The position numbers and the translations under genes were made by a program. The notes under the pieces were generated by a model that saw only the letters and a program-made list of their open reading frames with translations, did no database searches and was not told where the DNA came from. DNA of 61,723 nt, filler included, from Deltaproteobacteria bacterium (lineage in GTDB: Bacteria; JACQOV01): NCBI GenBank assembly GCA_016202395.1. It is 3 parts of 3 records of this genome, joined end to end, with 100 filler letters (N's around TTAATTAATTAA, not from the genome) between each part and the next. Parts side by side here need not be neighbours in the genome. Positions count along the whole stretch, not along the records: positions 1 to 29,650 come from JACQOV010000032.1; 2 more parts are not named here. One strand, given 5' to 3'. Of the stretch, positions 19,756 to 29,650 are shown piece after piece (the first letter of the stretch is position 1; every line of letters begins with the position of its first letter).

Positions 19756-20997
19756 ATGAGTCCGCCTTCATTGACTATTGAGGGTTGCCGGATTTGCGAA
19801 AGTCCTGCGATTGAGCCGATCCTGGATCTCGGGCGACAACCGCTCGCGAATAGTCTCCGACGAGATCGTACCGAAGTGCTCCCCCTATTCCCTCTGAAGA
19901 TTTGCCGATGCAAGGCGTGTGGCACTGTGCAGTTGACTGAGACGGTTAATCCCGAGATTCTCTTTGGACACTATGTGTGGGTCACTGGTACGTCCGAGGG
20001 CGCACGGAAATATAGCCACCTCTTCAGCGAGCGCACCGTGGCGCGCACGCACACCGGACGACTATTCGTGCTCGAGGTGGCGAGCAATGATGGGACTTTT
20101 TTACGTTGTTTTGCCGAGCGTGGCGACCGCGTGCTCGGAGTGGATCCAGCGCAAAATATTTCTGCAACTGCGCGGGAGGCGGGCATACCCACCATCGCAG
20201 AATTCTTCGGACTCGCGTTGGCGAAGCGCATCGTTGAGAGCGAGGGACAAGCAGATGTAGTTATGGCGCGAAACGTTCTTCCACATGTGGCAGACGCCAA
20301 CGACGTCGTCGCGGGGATGGCACATTGTCTGAGTGTGGAGGGAGTCGGAGTGATCGAGTTCCACCGAGCCGATGTGATTCTGAAGGAACTGCATTACGAT
20401 TCGATTTATCATGAGCACCTCTACTTTCACTCGCTGCACAGCATCGGCCAGCTTCTGGATCGATTCGGACTGACACCGTTCGACGTGACGACGAGCCAGA
20501 TCAGTGGGGGCTCGTTCGTGGTGTACTTCTCCAAGTCCCCGCGTGCGCGTACGGCAGCCTTGATCACCGCTCTGCAGAAGGAAGAAGCGCTTGGCGTCGG
20601 AGGCGCTGGCCCGTGGCAGGCGTTTGCCCGTCGCTGCGAACGCCACCGCACACTGTTGCGCTCGCTGGTTCAAGCCAAGAAGGCGGCGGGGAAGCGCGTC
20701 ATTGGGTATGGCGCATCGGCGCGAAGCTCGACAATGCTCAATTTTTGTGGAATCGATCACCGGCTCCTCGACGTCATCGTCGATCGCGCCCCGCTGAAGC
20801 ACGGCACCTACACTCCGGGCACCGACATTCCCATTGTGGCGCCGGAGCGAGCTTTTTCACTCAAACCTGACGTAGTCTTGCTGCTGGCGTGGAATTTTTG
20901 TGACGAGATCTTGACGCAGATTCGCGCAGAGCATGGATGGACTGGCGAGGTGATTTTACCGCTTCCCGGCGATCCAGAAGTGGTGGAGATCGCATGA
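19756..20997 (+). CDS. NDP-sugar C-methyltransferase (Zn-ribbon plus class I SAM domains)
   Basis: CRIC..LDLGRQPLAN..CKAC, EVASNDG, YDSIYHEH, GYGASA, LLAWN. Confidence 0.85.
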   Translation: MSPPSLTIEGCRICESPAIEPILDLGRQPLANSLRRDRTEVLPLFPLKICRCKACGTVQLTETVNPEILFGHYVWVTGTSEGARKYSHLFSERTVARTHTGRLFVLEVASNDGTFLRCFAERGDRVLGVDPAQNISATAREAGIPTIAEFFGLALAKRIVESEGQADVVMARNVLPHVADANDVVAGMAHCLSVEGVGVIEFHRADVILKELHYDSIYHEHLYFHSLHSIGQLLDRFGLTPFDVTTSQISGGSFVVYFSKSPRARTAALITALQKEEALGVGGAGPWQAFARRCERHRTLLRSLVQAKKAAGKRVIGYGASARSSTMLNFCGIDHRLLDVIVDRAPLKHGTYTPGTDIPIVAPERAFSLKPDVVLLLAWNFCDEILTQIRAEHGWTGEVILPLPGDPEVVEIA

Positions 20998-21542
20998 AGT
21001 TTGTCGAGCTTGGTCTGCGTGGTGTATGGCTGATAGAGCCCGAGGTGTTCACCGACGAGCGAGGAGCGTTTCACCGGAGTTTTTGTGCCCGCGAATTCGA
21101 GCAACAAAGTTTAGTGTCCACTGTCGTCCAGGGCAATGTCTCTGAGAATCCGCACGAAGGTACGTTACGGGGTTTTCACTTTCAGTTGCCGCCGTTCGAA
21201 GAAGCAAAAACCATCTCGTGCCTCACAGGCGCATTGTTCGATATTATTGTGGACCTTCGGCCAGACTCTCAGACCTTCATGCAGTGGGTATCTGCGGAGT
21301 TCTCCGCTGCCAATCACCGGAGTTTGTATATTCCAGCAGGATGCGCCAATGCATGGCTTACGACGGCGCCGCACACCACCGTCCACTATTATATGAGCGA
21401 ACTGTATTCACTTTCTTCCTATCGCGGATTTCGGTATAACGATCCCGTGTTCAACTTCCGATGGCCGAGTGAACCTCGTATCATCTCGGAAAAGGACCGG
21501 AACTTTCTGGATTTCGATCCTGCCTCGCTGCAAAAGGATTGA
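20994..21542 (+). CDS. NDP-4-keto-sugar 3,5-epimerase (RmlC cupin family)
   Basis: DERGAF, GTLRGFHFQ, VDLRPDS, ISEKD. Confidence 0.9.
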   Translation: MKFVELGLRGVWLIEPEVFTDERGAFHRSFCAREFEQQSLVSTVVQGNVSENPHEGTLRGFHFQLPPFEEAKTISCLTGALFDIIVDLRPDSQTFMQWVSAEFSAANHRSLYIPAGCANAWLTTAPHTTVHYYMSELYSLSSYRGFRYNDPVFNFRWPSEPRIISEKDRNFLDFDPASLQKD

Positions 21543-21549
21543 TTTTAAG

Positions 21550-22422
21550 ATGCGGATCTTTCTCACCGGGGCAACCGGGTTTTTAGGCAGCCGGGTCGTG
21601 TCCCTGCTTCAAGGGGATGAGTTGTTATGCCTTTCGAGAAACCCCCAACGACTCTCCAAGGCTCCTCATGTCCGCCCCCTCCTGGGAGATGTGGCCGAGC
21701 CTCACAAATGGAGGACAACGCTCAAACACTTTGCTCCGGAGTGGTGTATCCATCTCGCATGGGAGGGGCTACCGGATTATTCCCCCTCCCGCTGCCGCGC
21801 CAACCTGGACGCAGGCATTGGACTCATCAAAACGCTTGCTGATGGTGGAATCAAACGGATTGTTGTGGCGGGCAGTTGTTGGGAATACGGAAGCACCTTA
21901 GGCGCTGTCAGGGAGGATGGAGCTAAAAGTGATTGCGGTGTCTTTGCCGAGACCAAACATGCCCTGCGCATGATCCTCGAAAGTTTTTCACAAGAGTGTG
22001 GGATTGAATACCGTTGGGGGCGAATTTTTTTCGCCTATGGGCCGGGCCAACGCGACACTTCCCTGATTCCCCAGTGCCATGTTGCTTACTCACTGGGGAG
22101 GCAACCTGAAATTCAGCACCCCGGACTGACACAGGATTTTATTTTTGCCGATGACGTTGCACAAGGGATAGCCGCAATCGCTAACGCTGACATAGGTTCG
22201 GGAGTATTCAATCTGGGCAGCGGTGTTCCAACGACGGTAGCCCATATTGTGAATCGCGTCGCCAAACACTTTGGGGCCCCTCCCTTCTTGTCTACGCTGC
22301 AACCAGACCCGGGTTTCTGGGCCGATACCTCCAAGACAACTACTGCGACTGGTTGGAAGGCACAGACCTCGATTGATGACGGGATCACGCAGACACTTTT
22401 AGCATTGGACCGTGGGTCATGA
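21550..22422 (+). CDS. NAD(P)-dependent sugar reductase/epimerase
   Basis: GATGFLG, IHLAW, GSCWEYG; FxxxK in place of YxxxK. Confidence 0.8.
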   Translation: MRIFLTGATGFLGSRVVSLLQGDELLCLSRNPQRLSKAPHVRPLLGDVAEPHKWRTTLKHFAPEWCIHLAWEGLPDYSPSRCRANLDAGIGLIKTLADGGIKRIVVAGSCWEYGSTLGAVREDGAKSDCGVFAETKHALRMILESFSQECGIEYRWGRIFFAYGPGQRDTSLIPQCHVAYSLGRQPEIQHPGLTQDFIFADDVAQGIAAIANADIGSGVFNLGSGVPTTVAHIVNRVAKHFGAPPFLSTLQPDPGFWADTSKTTTATGWKAQTSIDDGITQTLLALDRGS

Positions 22423-23705
22423 AACCACCGGAACAGGCCGTGATTTTGTGCGGTGGGCTTGGCACGCGCTTACGCCCCTTTACCGATTCCATGCCAAAGC
22501 CGATGATTCCGGTCAACGGCAGGCCGTTTCTAGAGCACCTTCTGAAACAATGTGCCTCTCAAGGGATCCAGCGCTTTCTCCTGCTCACCGGTTACTTAGG
22601 CGAACAGATCCAGCTTTATTTTGGAGATGGTCGTTTACAGGGTTGGGAGATTAGTTATTCGCATGGACCGGTGGAGTGGGATACGGGGCGTCGACTGTGG
22701 GAGGTTCGCAACCAAATGGAATCCCGATTTCTGTTACTGTATTCGGACAATTTTGTGCAATTTTCCATGGATCATTTGATGGCCTTGCATCGGTCAGAGC
22801 AGGTGCCGCTCAGTCTTTTACTCGCGCCCAAAACTAAAGGGAACATTCGGCTCTCATCGGAGGGAGGATCAAAGGGTCGAATCGACGCCTATGATAAAAC
22901 CCGCGAGGGTCATAGGCTGGATTTCGTCGAGGTTGGTTACATGATTGTGGAGCGAGATCGCGTGTTGCCTTTGTTTCCAACTCTTAAAAACTACCCCGAC
23001 TTCAGTTTTTCCGAAGTCCTCCAGCACTTGGCGAACGTTCATCAGTTGGCCGGTCTGGTGGTGTTGAATCCTTACCATAGCATTTCCGATCCAGATCGAC
23101 TCGAGCTCATGCGATCCTATCTTCAACCCAAAAAAATCCTACTGATCGATCGTGACGGGGTCATCAATCAAAAGGCCCCCAGAGGAGAGTACATCAGCAC
23201 TTGGAAACATTTTCAGTGGATACCAGAAACGCGGGAGGCGATGAAAGAATTGGCAGCGCGAGGCTTCAAGTTTATTGTTATTTCAAATCAGGCCGGAATC
23301 GCACGCGGCATGGTTGACTCCGCTGCATTAGAACAGATACACAAAAACATGCTCTCTGAGCTTTGCACAGACGGTGTCGATATCCTTGAGATCTATGTGT
23401 GTCCTCATCATTGGGATGACTATTGCGACTGTCGCAAGCCGGCTCCGGGGATGTTCTTTCGTGCCTCACACGATCATCTGCTGCGCATGGACCATACAAT
23501 CTACATCGGGGATGATCCGCGTGATTGCCTCGCTGCCCAAAACGCAGGGTGCCCGTGTATCTTGGTCGGAGACAACCCTGAAAACGAAACCGATGTGAAG
23601 GCACAGCCGACACTGAAGGCCGCAACACTGTTGGATACAATTCCCTGGATATGCGCCCAGTTTCAAAACTGGGCGGCCGGCACTGAATACTCCGCATCCC
23701 ATTAA
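22419..23705 (+). CDS. Fusion of heptose 1-phosphate nucleotidyltransferase (HddC-like) and heptose 1,7-bisphosphate phosphatase (GmhB-like)
   Basis: LCGGLGTRL..PKPM N-domain; DRDGVIN, SNQAG, CPH..CDCRKP C-domain. Confidence 0.88.
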   Translation: MKPPEQAVILCGGLGTRLRPFTDSMPKPMIPVNGRPFLEHLLKQCASQGIQRFLLLTGYLGEQIQLYFGDGRLQGWEISYSHGPVEWDTGRRLWEVRNQMESRFLLLYSDNFVQFSMDHLMALHRSEQVPLSLLLAPKTKGNIRLSSEGGSKGRIDAYDKTREGHRLDFVEVGYMIVERDRVLPLFPTLKNYPDFSFSEVLQHLANVHQLAGLVVLNPYHSISDPDRLELMRSYLQPKKILLIDRDGVINQKAPRGEYISTWKHFQWIPETREAMKELAARGFKFIVISNQAGIARGMVDSAALEQIHKNMLSELCTDGVDILEIYVCPHHWDDYCDCRKPAPGMFFRASHDHLLRMDHTIYIGDDPRDCLAAQNAGCPCILVGDNPENETDVKAQPTLKAATLLDTIPWICAQFQNWAAGTEYSASH

Positions 23706-23712
23706 GATTTCT

Positions 23713-24723
23713 ATGCCCCACTCTCATTCACTCCCAAGATCGGTTACAACCATTACGCCACAGCGGTTGAGCTTTGCGGGAGGTGGGACTGATTTACCTG
23801 ATTTTTATCGGGAGTATGGCGGTGCCGTCGTCAGCACGACAATTGATAAATATATCTACGTAACCGTCAAACGTCACAGCCACTTATTTAACGAGACCTA
23901 TCGGCTCAGTTATTCCAAGACGGAGCACGTCAACAGCCTTGATGAGATTGAAAACGATGTGGCCCGCGAATGTCTGCGTTTGGTCCATGTGGATCCGCCT
24001 CTGTTCATAGCCACCGCCGCGGATCTGCCTGCTTCGTCGGGATTGGGATCATCGAGCAGTTTTGCCGTGGGATTACTGTATGCCTTGCACACCTTGCGTG
24101 GTGAGAATGTGTCCGTTGGTCAACTTGCGGAAGAGGCCTCCCATGTCGAGATTGAAATGCTGGGCCATCCGATTGGCAAGCAAGATCAGTACGCGGCGGC
24201 GTTCGGTGGTCTGAACTATATAACGTTCACCTCAAACGGCCGAGTGCATTTAGATCCTCTCTGGTTACCCAATGGTGGCGCTGATGCACTTTTCAGGAAT
24301 AGCATGCTGTTTTGGACAGGCATGCAACGCGAGGCGGAAGATATCCTGCATGAGCAGCGCGCGATGATCAGCACTACGGCAGACACATTGATGAAGATGC
24401 GTGAAATGGCGGCGGAGTGCCGAGATGCGTTGCTTGTGCTCCATGAAGATTTACGCAGGTTCGGCACAATCGTGGATGTCGGTTGGTGGGCCAAGCGCAG
24501 CTTGGCAAGTAAAATCAGTTCGTCGCAGATCGATGATTGCTATGCCCGTGCTCGTGAAGCCGGAGCGCTCGGTGGAAAAATTGCCGGAGCTGGTGGGGGT
24601 GGTTTCTTGTATCTTATCGTGCCGACGGATGCTCAAGAAAGAGTGCGCGCAGCTTTGCCAGATATGGTTGATGTGCCTGTCAAATATGAACCTCGGGGTG
24701 TACGTTTACTCTCCGTTGTTTAG
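23713..24723 (+). CDS. hddA: GHMP kinase, D-glycero-alpha-D-manno-heptose 7-phosphate kinase-like
   Basis: RLSFAGGGTD, SGLGSSS, GKQDQY, GAGGGG. Confidence 0.85.
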   Translation: MPHSHSLPRSVTTITPQRLSFAGGGTDLPDFYREYGGAVVSTTIDKYIYVTVKRHSHLFNETYRLSYSKTEHVNSLDEIENDVARECLRLVHVDPPLFIATAADLPASSGLGSSSSFAVGLLYALHTLRGENVSVGQLAEEASHVEIEMLGHPIGKQDQYAAAFGGLNYITFTSNGRVHLDPLWLPNGGADALFRNSMLFWTGMQREAEDILHEQRAMISTTADTLMKMREMAAECRDALLVLHEDLRRFGTIVDVGWWAKRSLASKISSSQIDDCYARAREAGALGGKIAGAGGGGFLYLIVPTDAQERVRAALPDMVDVPVKYEPRGVRLLSVV

Positions 24724-24741
24724 AATAAAGGAGAATTCTCG

Positions 24742-25515
24742 ATGAAGAACTACACAGCGCGGGCCGGCTCCACGCTCACGATCGATAATGGTGGCGAGCG
24801 GACGACCATCGATCTTTATTCAAAGGAAGGGCTCGACTTTCTGAGTAACCTGTGGATTAAGTCGGCCGCACAACATCGTCTAATGTATGAGCCAACCTGG
24901 CTCGGTAGGCCCATCATTCAGTTTCCAACCGACATCGTTGCCATTCAAGAGTTACTCTGGAAATTGCAGCCGGATGTTGTCGTGGAGACTGGAGTGGCGC
25001 ACGGCGGGTCTCTTGTTCTCTCAGCATCAATCCTGGAATTGATCGGCAAAGGTAAGGTCATCGGTGTAGACATTGAAATCCGGCCCCACAATCGTGTTGC
25101 CATAGAGGAGCATCCACTAAAGCATCGCATCGAACTAATCGAAGGCTCCTCTGTTGCTGCGGAGACGCTGGTTGCTGTGCGAAAGGCGATTGGCAGCGCG
25201 AAGTCGGTATTAGTGTTTTTGGATAGTAATCATACAGAGGCGCATGTTCTGCAAGAGCTTGAGCTTTATGGGGCGCTAGTTACGCCAGGCAGCTATCTTG
25301 TTGCACATGACGGCTCTCAGGCGTGGGTGTGGGATATTCCGCGCGGAAAACCCGAATGGAAGAACGACCATCCTTTGAACGCAATTCACAAGTTTCTGGC
25401 CGCCCATTCCGAGTTCCGTATAGATCCACACTGGACACGACATGGCATTACGTCGTCGCCGGACGGGTTTTTGAAGCGCGTCACCGAAACCGAAATAGCA
25501 GGCGGTGCTGCATGA
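24742..25515 (+). CDS. CmcI (cephalosporin hydroxylase) family, probable sugar O-methyltransferase
   Basis: WLGRPIIQFPTD, ETGVAHGGS, LDSNHT, SSPDGFLKR. Confidence 0.85.
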   Translation: MKNYTARAGSTLTIDNGGERTTIDLYSKEGLDFLSNLWIKSAAQHRLMYEPTWLGRPIIQFPTDIVAIQELLWKLQPDVVVETGVAHGGSLVLSASILELIGKGKVIGVDIEIRPHNRVAIEEHPLKHRIELIEGSSVAAETLVAVRKAIGSAKSVLVFLDSNHTEAHVLQELELYGALVTPGSYLVAHDGSQAWVWDIPRGKPEWKNDHPLNAIHKFLAAHSEFRIDPHWTRHGITSSPDGFLKRVTETEIAGGAA

Positions 25516-26405
25516 CCCTATTCGTGACGGGTTCGGAAAGTTTCATTGGCCGCGCACTGTTTGCGCGCTGTCGGTTGCATGGCATCCATGCGGTCGGTAT
25601 TGACAGTGCGGCGCCCGCAGGCGGCGGTTCACGGCAAGCAGACATCCGCGACCCGGGGATATCCGACCTGATTCCCGAAGGTGCGACTGTCGTGCATCTC
25701 GCAGCAATATCTCGTGATTCGGATTGCCGAACCGACCCGCGGGGTGCTTTTGACATCAATGTCACAGGTACGCTCAATGTGGCGGCTGCTGCAAAAAAGC
25801 GAAATTCGGCCCAACTCATTTTTGCGTCTAGCGAATGGGTCTATGGCGACGTGCGTAACGACGAAGTGCAGGTCGAGGACCGCCCCATCGATGTAACAAT
25901 GATGAAGTCGGAATATGCCCTGACGAAGATCGTCGGCGAGCAGTGCTTACGTATCGGGTGTGCGTTGCCAGCGGTTACTGTTTTGCGCTTCGGTATTGTG
26001 TACGGGCCACGCCCGTCGAACTGGTCAGCGGTGGAAAATCTCTTCAACGCCGCGCGCACGCAGGACGAAATCAAGATCGGCTCGTCCAAGACCGCACGTC
26101 GTTTCATTCATGTCGATGACATTGTCTCGGGAATTTTGGCGAGCCGCAGGCGCTTAGGGTTCGAAATCTTCAATTTGAGCGGCAACGCGCCGATTAGTCT
26201 GGGCGACATCATCGATACGAGCGCGAAGCTGTGGAAACGGCACGTCAAGATCGTCGAGACAAATCCAAGCCAGCCGAGCATCCGCAATCCGGACAACGCC
26301 AAAGCTCGCACCGAGCTCGACTGGCAGCCGAAGTTCGACCTGTCCGCAGGTCTGGCAGACCTCAAGCGATTTTTTGATGGGCCTCGCTATGAGGGAAAAT
26401 CGTAA
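25512..26405 (+). CDS. NAD-dependent epimerase/dehydratase
   Basis: VTGSESFIG variant Rossmann motif, HLAA, YALTK, VYGPR. Confidence 0.8.
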   Translation: MTLFVTGSESFIGRALFARCRLHGIHAVGIDSAAPAGGGSRQADIRDPGISDLIPEGATVVHLAAISRDSDCRTDPRGAFDINVTGTLNVAAAAKKRNSAQLIFASSEWVYGDVRNDEVQVEDRPIDVTMMKSEYALTKIVGEQCLRIGCALPAVTVLRFGIVYGPRPSNWSAVENLFNAARTQDEIKIGSSKTARRFIHVDDIVSGILASRRRLGFEIFNLSGNAPISLGDIIDTSAKLWKRHVKIVETNPSQPSIRNPDNAKARTELDWQPKFDLSAGLADLKRFFDGPRYEGKS

Positions 26406-27292
26406 TGAACTCATTTTCCGAGACTGAAGCGATCGCCTTGATCCGGTTGAGGCACTCGCAGCATCAACTGAACGAGATGCTCAAGGCCAAGCGGTTCAAG
26501 ATTCCAATCCATCTCGCGTTCGGGCACGAGGCCGCCGCGGTTGGGATGGACCTGACTATGCAGCCCGAGGATGTGCTCTGTCTCTCTCATCGCAATGGTG
26601 CGTACAACTTGGCTCGCTCGAAGTCACTCAAGACCGTGTTGACCCATTATCAGCTGGAGGAGCGACCTAACGGTATGGCGCAGATGGCATCCATGAACCT
26701 CGCTGTCGACAACACTGGCATCGTTTACTCATCGAGCATTCTCGGTAACAACCTCGCGGTGGCGGCTGGCATTGCTCTAAACCGAAAATTTCTTCAGCGC
26801 GCCGGAATCGTATTCGTGGTCATGGGCGACGGCGCGATGGAAGAAGGCGCATTTTGGGAGACACTCATCTTCGCGCGCAGCCACAAGCTCGGCCTCGTGG
26901 TCGTCGTCGAGAACAACAACTGCTCTATGTCGTCGACGATCGAGGAGCGACGGTACCCCATTGATCTTTCGCTGGTATGTAGAGGCCTCAGCGTGATTTA
27001 CCAGCACACGTCTGGCGCGGCACTCTACGACGTGAAGGTAGCGCTCAAGGCAGCCAGAGCCATGGCGTCGGACGGCCATCCAGCATTGGTCGAACTTGAG
27101 ATCACGACCTTCAATCAGCATGCCGGCCCAACCCCGGGCTGGGCGGATGACCCCATGCGCATCGTGCTTGAAGATGGACTGTTGGTGGGCCACGACATGA
27201 AAGATCCTCTATTTCAGCTTCACGAGGTACTCGGTGCAGCCGAATTTAACCGGCTTGCGGAACATATCATGAAAGTGAATCACGTTGGCTAA
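26405..27292 (+). CDS. TPP-dependent E1 alpha-like subunit
   Basis: PIHLAFGHEA, SHR, GDGA..EG..ENN TPP-binding motif. Confidence 0.85.
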   Translation: MNSFSETEAIALIRLRHSQHQLNEMLKAKRFKIPIHLAFGHEAAAVGMDLTMQPEDVLCLSHRNGAYNLARSKSLKTVLTHYQLEERPNGMAQMASMNLAVDNTGIVYSSSILGNNLAVAAGIALNRKFLQRAGIVFVVMGDGAMEEGAFWETLIFARSHKLGLVVVVENNNCSMSSTIEERRYPIDLSLVCRGLSVIYQHTSGAALYDVKVALKAARAMASDGHPALVELEITTFNQHAGPTPGWADDPMRIVLEDGLLVGHDMKDPLFQLHEVLGAAEFNRLAEHIMKVNHVG

Positions 27293-28253
27293 TCCTACCT
27301 ACATCGGACAGATCATCGGGCAAGTCAACGAGGTGACCGAACACTGCGGCCCTGTGTTCCTCTACGGCGAGAACATCGATCGCGGCTCGCGCATCAGTGG
27401 ACTGGCGCGAGGTCTGAAGGTGAACCCGGCGGGGCGCATCCAGAACGTGGGCGACTGCGAGCTCACTCACTGTGGCATTGGTTTTGGGATAATGCTCGAC
27501 GGCGGCAACGCGGGCCTCTTTGTCAAACAACTCGACTTCATGCTGCTCGGCCTCGATCAATTCGCCAATACCTTCAACTCCATCCGCGCTTTCCGTCAAC
27601 GCAACACGCTGGGAAGTTTCACGGTATTCGTGATCGTCTGCGACCAGGGCTATCAGGGCCCGCAGTCAAGCTTCAACGGCGCTGGCGATTTCGCGTCGAT
27701 CGCCAATGTTCCGGTCTTCTGCCTGAATGGCGCCGGGGATGCATCGCGAGTGGTGCAGAAGCATTTCGTCGCCCCTGGGTTTCGTATGATGTGCCTTAGT
27801 CAACGTCTCTTCGGTGCTCCGGTGCTCGACGTGCCCGTCGAAACCTGCGACGAGGACCGGGGTTTGTTTCGATATCGATCAGGAAACGACGCCACGATTG
27901 TGAGCTTCAACTTTTCATTGCGTGATTCGCTGGAGATGGACACTCACCTGCGTGGTGCCGGCATGCAGAGCGACGTGTTCCACATGAACTTCGTTCCGAG
28001 AATGGATATGGGGGCGCTCGTGGAGTCGTGCAGGCGTACGCGGAAACTGGTGCTTGTCGATGACTCGAAGACAGTGACTAAATTCGGCGACAGGTTGGTC
28101 ACTGAACTCTGTGCGCGCGGCATTAACGTCAAAGTGTTGTCGTTCTGCAGGCGCGGCTGTGCCGATACTGACTATGGTGCTACCGAAGACCGCTTCCTTC
28201 CGGATGTTGAAAGGGTTCTTGCGTTTATGCGTCACCCTGCATGTTCGCAGTGA
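27285..28253 (+). CDS. Divergent TPP-dependent E1 beta/transketolase C-terminal-like subunit
   Basis: GENI, CELT..G.G.G pattern, ESCRRTRKLVLVDD; overlaps the alpha gene. Confidence 0.7.
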   Translation: MANPTYIGQIIGQVNEVTEHCGPVFLYGENIDRGSRISGLARGLKVNPAGRIQNVGDCELTHCGIGFGIMLDGGNAGLFVKQLDFMLLGLDQFANTFNSIRAFRQRNTLGSFTVFVIVCDQGYQGPQSSFNGAGDFASIANVPVFCLNGAGDASRVVQKHFVAPGFRMMCLSQRLFGAPVLDVPVETCDEDRGLFRYRSGNDATIVSFNFSLRDSLEMDTHLRGAGMQSDVFHMNFVPRMDMGALVESCRRTRKLVLVDDSKTVTKFGDRLVTELCARGINVKVLSFCRRGCADTDYGATEDRFLPDVERVLAFMRHPACSQ

Positions 28254-28295
28254 TTGCACTTAGCTCAATCATGTCTGAAGATAAGGAGGAGTTGT

Positions 28296-29369
28296 ATGTC
28301 CAGCTTGTCGAGTCTTTCCTTGGTGACACCGACTTATAACCGACAGCGTTTTGCTCTACGAAGTATGCGATTTTGGTCGGGAAAAGGTGCCCATGTCATA
28401 ATGATAGATGGAAGTAGCCAACCTATTCCCCAAGAACACCTGGCGGGGGTGGCTGACAATGTTCGCTACATGTGGATGCCCATCTCTTTAGAAGAGCGTT
28501 TGAGGGCAGCGACGCAGTTACTCGATACTGAATATGTTGCTTTGCTTGCCGATGATGAGTTTTTTCTCCCCAACGGTTTGCAGCGCTGCATCGATGAACT
28601 GGAATCGAGGGAAGATGTCATCGCCTGTGTTGGCCGATGCCTAAACTTCTGGGCAACAAAACGACGCCTTACCGTCAGTCATCGGTACATGAGTTGGCCA
28701 TCAATTCTACAGGAGTCCGCTCAGGAGAGGATGGAAGCTAAAATGGCGACCCTGCATGCGTTGACTATCTACGGGGTCGTGCGGCGTGACCCATGGGTCA
28801 ACTGTATTAGACTTGTTACGGAGAAGGTGTTTTCTTGTTGTTATGTCACGGAGCATCTTTTTGAATTATTTAGTTCCTACCAAGGCAAATCAAGAGTCAT
28901 TGACGTTCTTTCGTGGTTTAGAAGCGGTGAGAATCACCCAACATCATTTAAGGGATGGAACAGAGACTACCACTTTGAGCACTGGTATCGAGAACAGCGA
29001 AATGCCGCCGAGATCAGTGAGATGTTCGACATTATCAAGAAGAGCGTCTTGTCTGTTACGCCTGGAACTGACCAAGCATCACTGGACCATGGATTAAGAA
29101 AGGCCATCGACATACTTGTGAATAGGGCTGAGGCTGGCAAAACGCGCGTGTCGAAAATCATAGCACCGTTTCGTAAATGTGCTTACGTTATTGCGGCTAA
29201 TCTTCCCAAAAAGGTTAAATACCCACTAAAACATATGTTAGGATTGTCGAGGAACGAGTTCCCCTTTGAGGAAATACCAGAGAGACTGAAGCAAGTTGGC
29301 ATTTCGTGTGATGCAGCTGATTTGATGGGTGTCAAAGAGAGTTTAAAGCAATTCTATGGATCGTGGTGA
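28296..29369 (+). CDS. GT2-like glycosyltransferase (TIGR00180-like)
   Basis: VTPTYNRQ, IDGS, ADDEF; AGGAGG RBS before ATG 28296. Confidence 0.75.
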   Translation: MSSLSSLSLVTPTYNRQRFALRSMRFWSGKGAHVIMIDGSSQPIPQEHLAGVADNVRYMWMPISLEERLRAATQLLDTEYVALLADDEFFLPNGLQRCIDELESREDVIACVGRCLNFWATKRRLTVSHRYMSWPSILQESAQERMEAKMATLHALTIYGVVRRDPWVNCIRLVTEKVFSCCYVTEHLFELFSSYQGKSRVIDVLSWFRSGENHPTSFKGWNRDYHFEHWYREQRNAAEISEMFDIIKKSVLSVTPGTDQASLDHGLRKAIDILVNRAEAGKTRVSKIIAPFRKCAYVIAANLPKKVKYPLKHMLGLSRNEFPFEEIPERLKQVGISCDAADLMGVKESLKQFYGSW

Positions 29370-29372
29370 AAA

Positions 29373-29650
29373 ATGAAAAAATTTATAAAAGAAATGCTTA
29401 CGAGCTTTTGGCGATTACATAAAGGACGAGTATTAAAAAATAAGGAATTGAAAAACATGCATGCTGGCGAAACATGTTTTATTTTTGCGAATGGAGCTTC
29501 TTTAAAATATTATGATATTTCACAACTCCCTGATTTTCTGAGCATCGTCTGTACCTATTCATTAGTAGATAAAAGATTACAGGGTCTTAATGTTAAGTAT
29601 TGTACGTGGGGGGAACCTTACTCTCTTTACTCGTTTTTATACAATACGTA
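29373..29650 (+). CDS. Partial DUF115/Maf-like protein, truncated by contig end
   Basis: LKNMHAGETCFIFANGASL pattern; runs into Ns. Confidence 0.55.
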
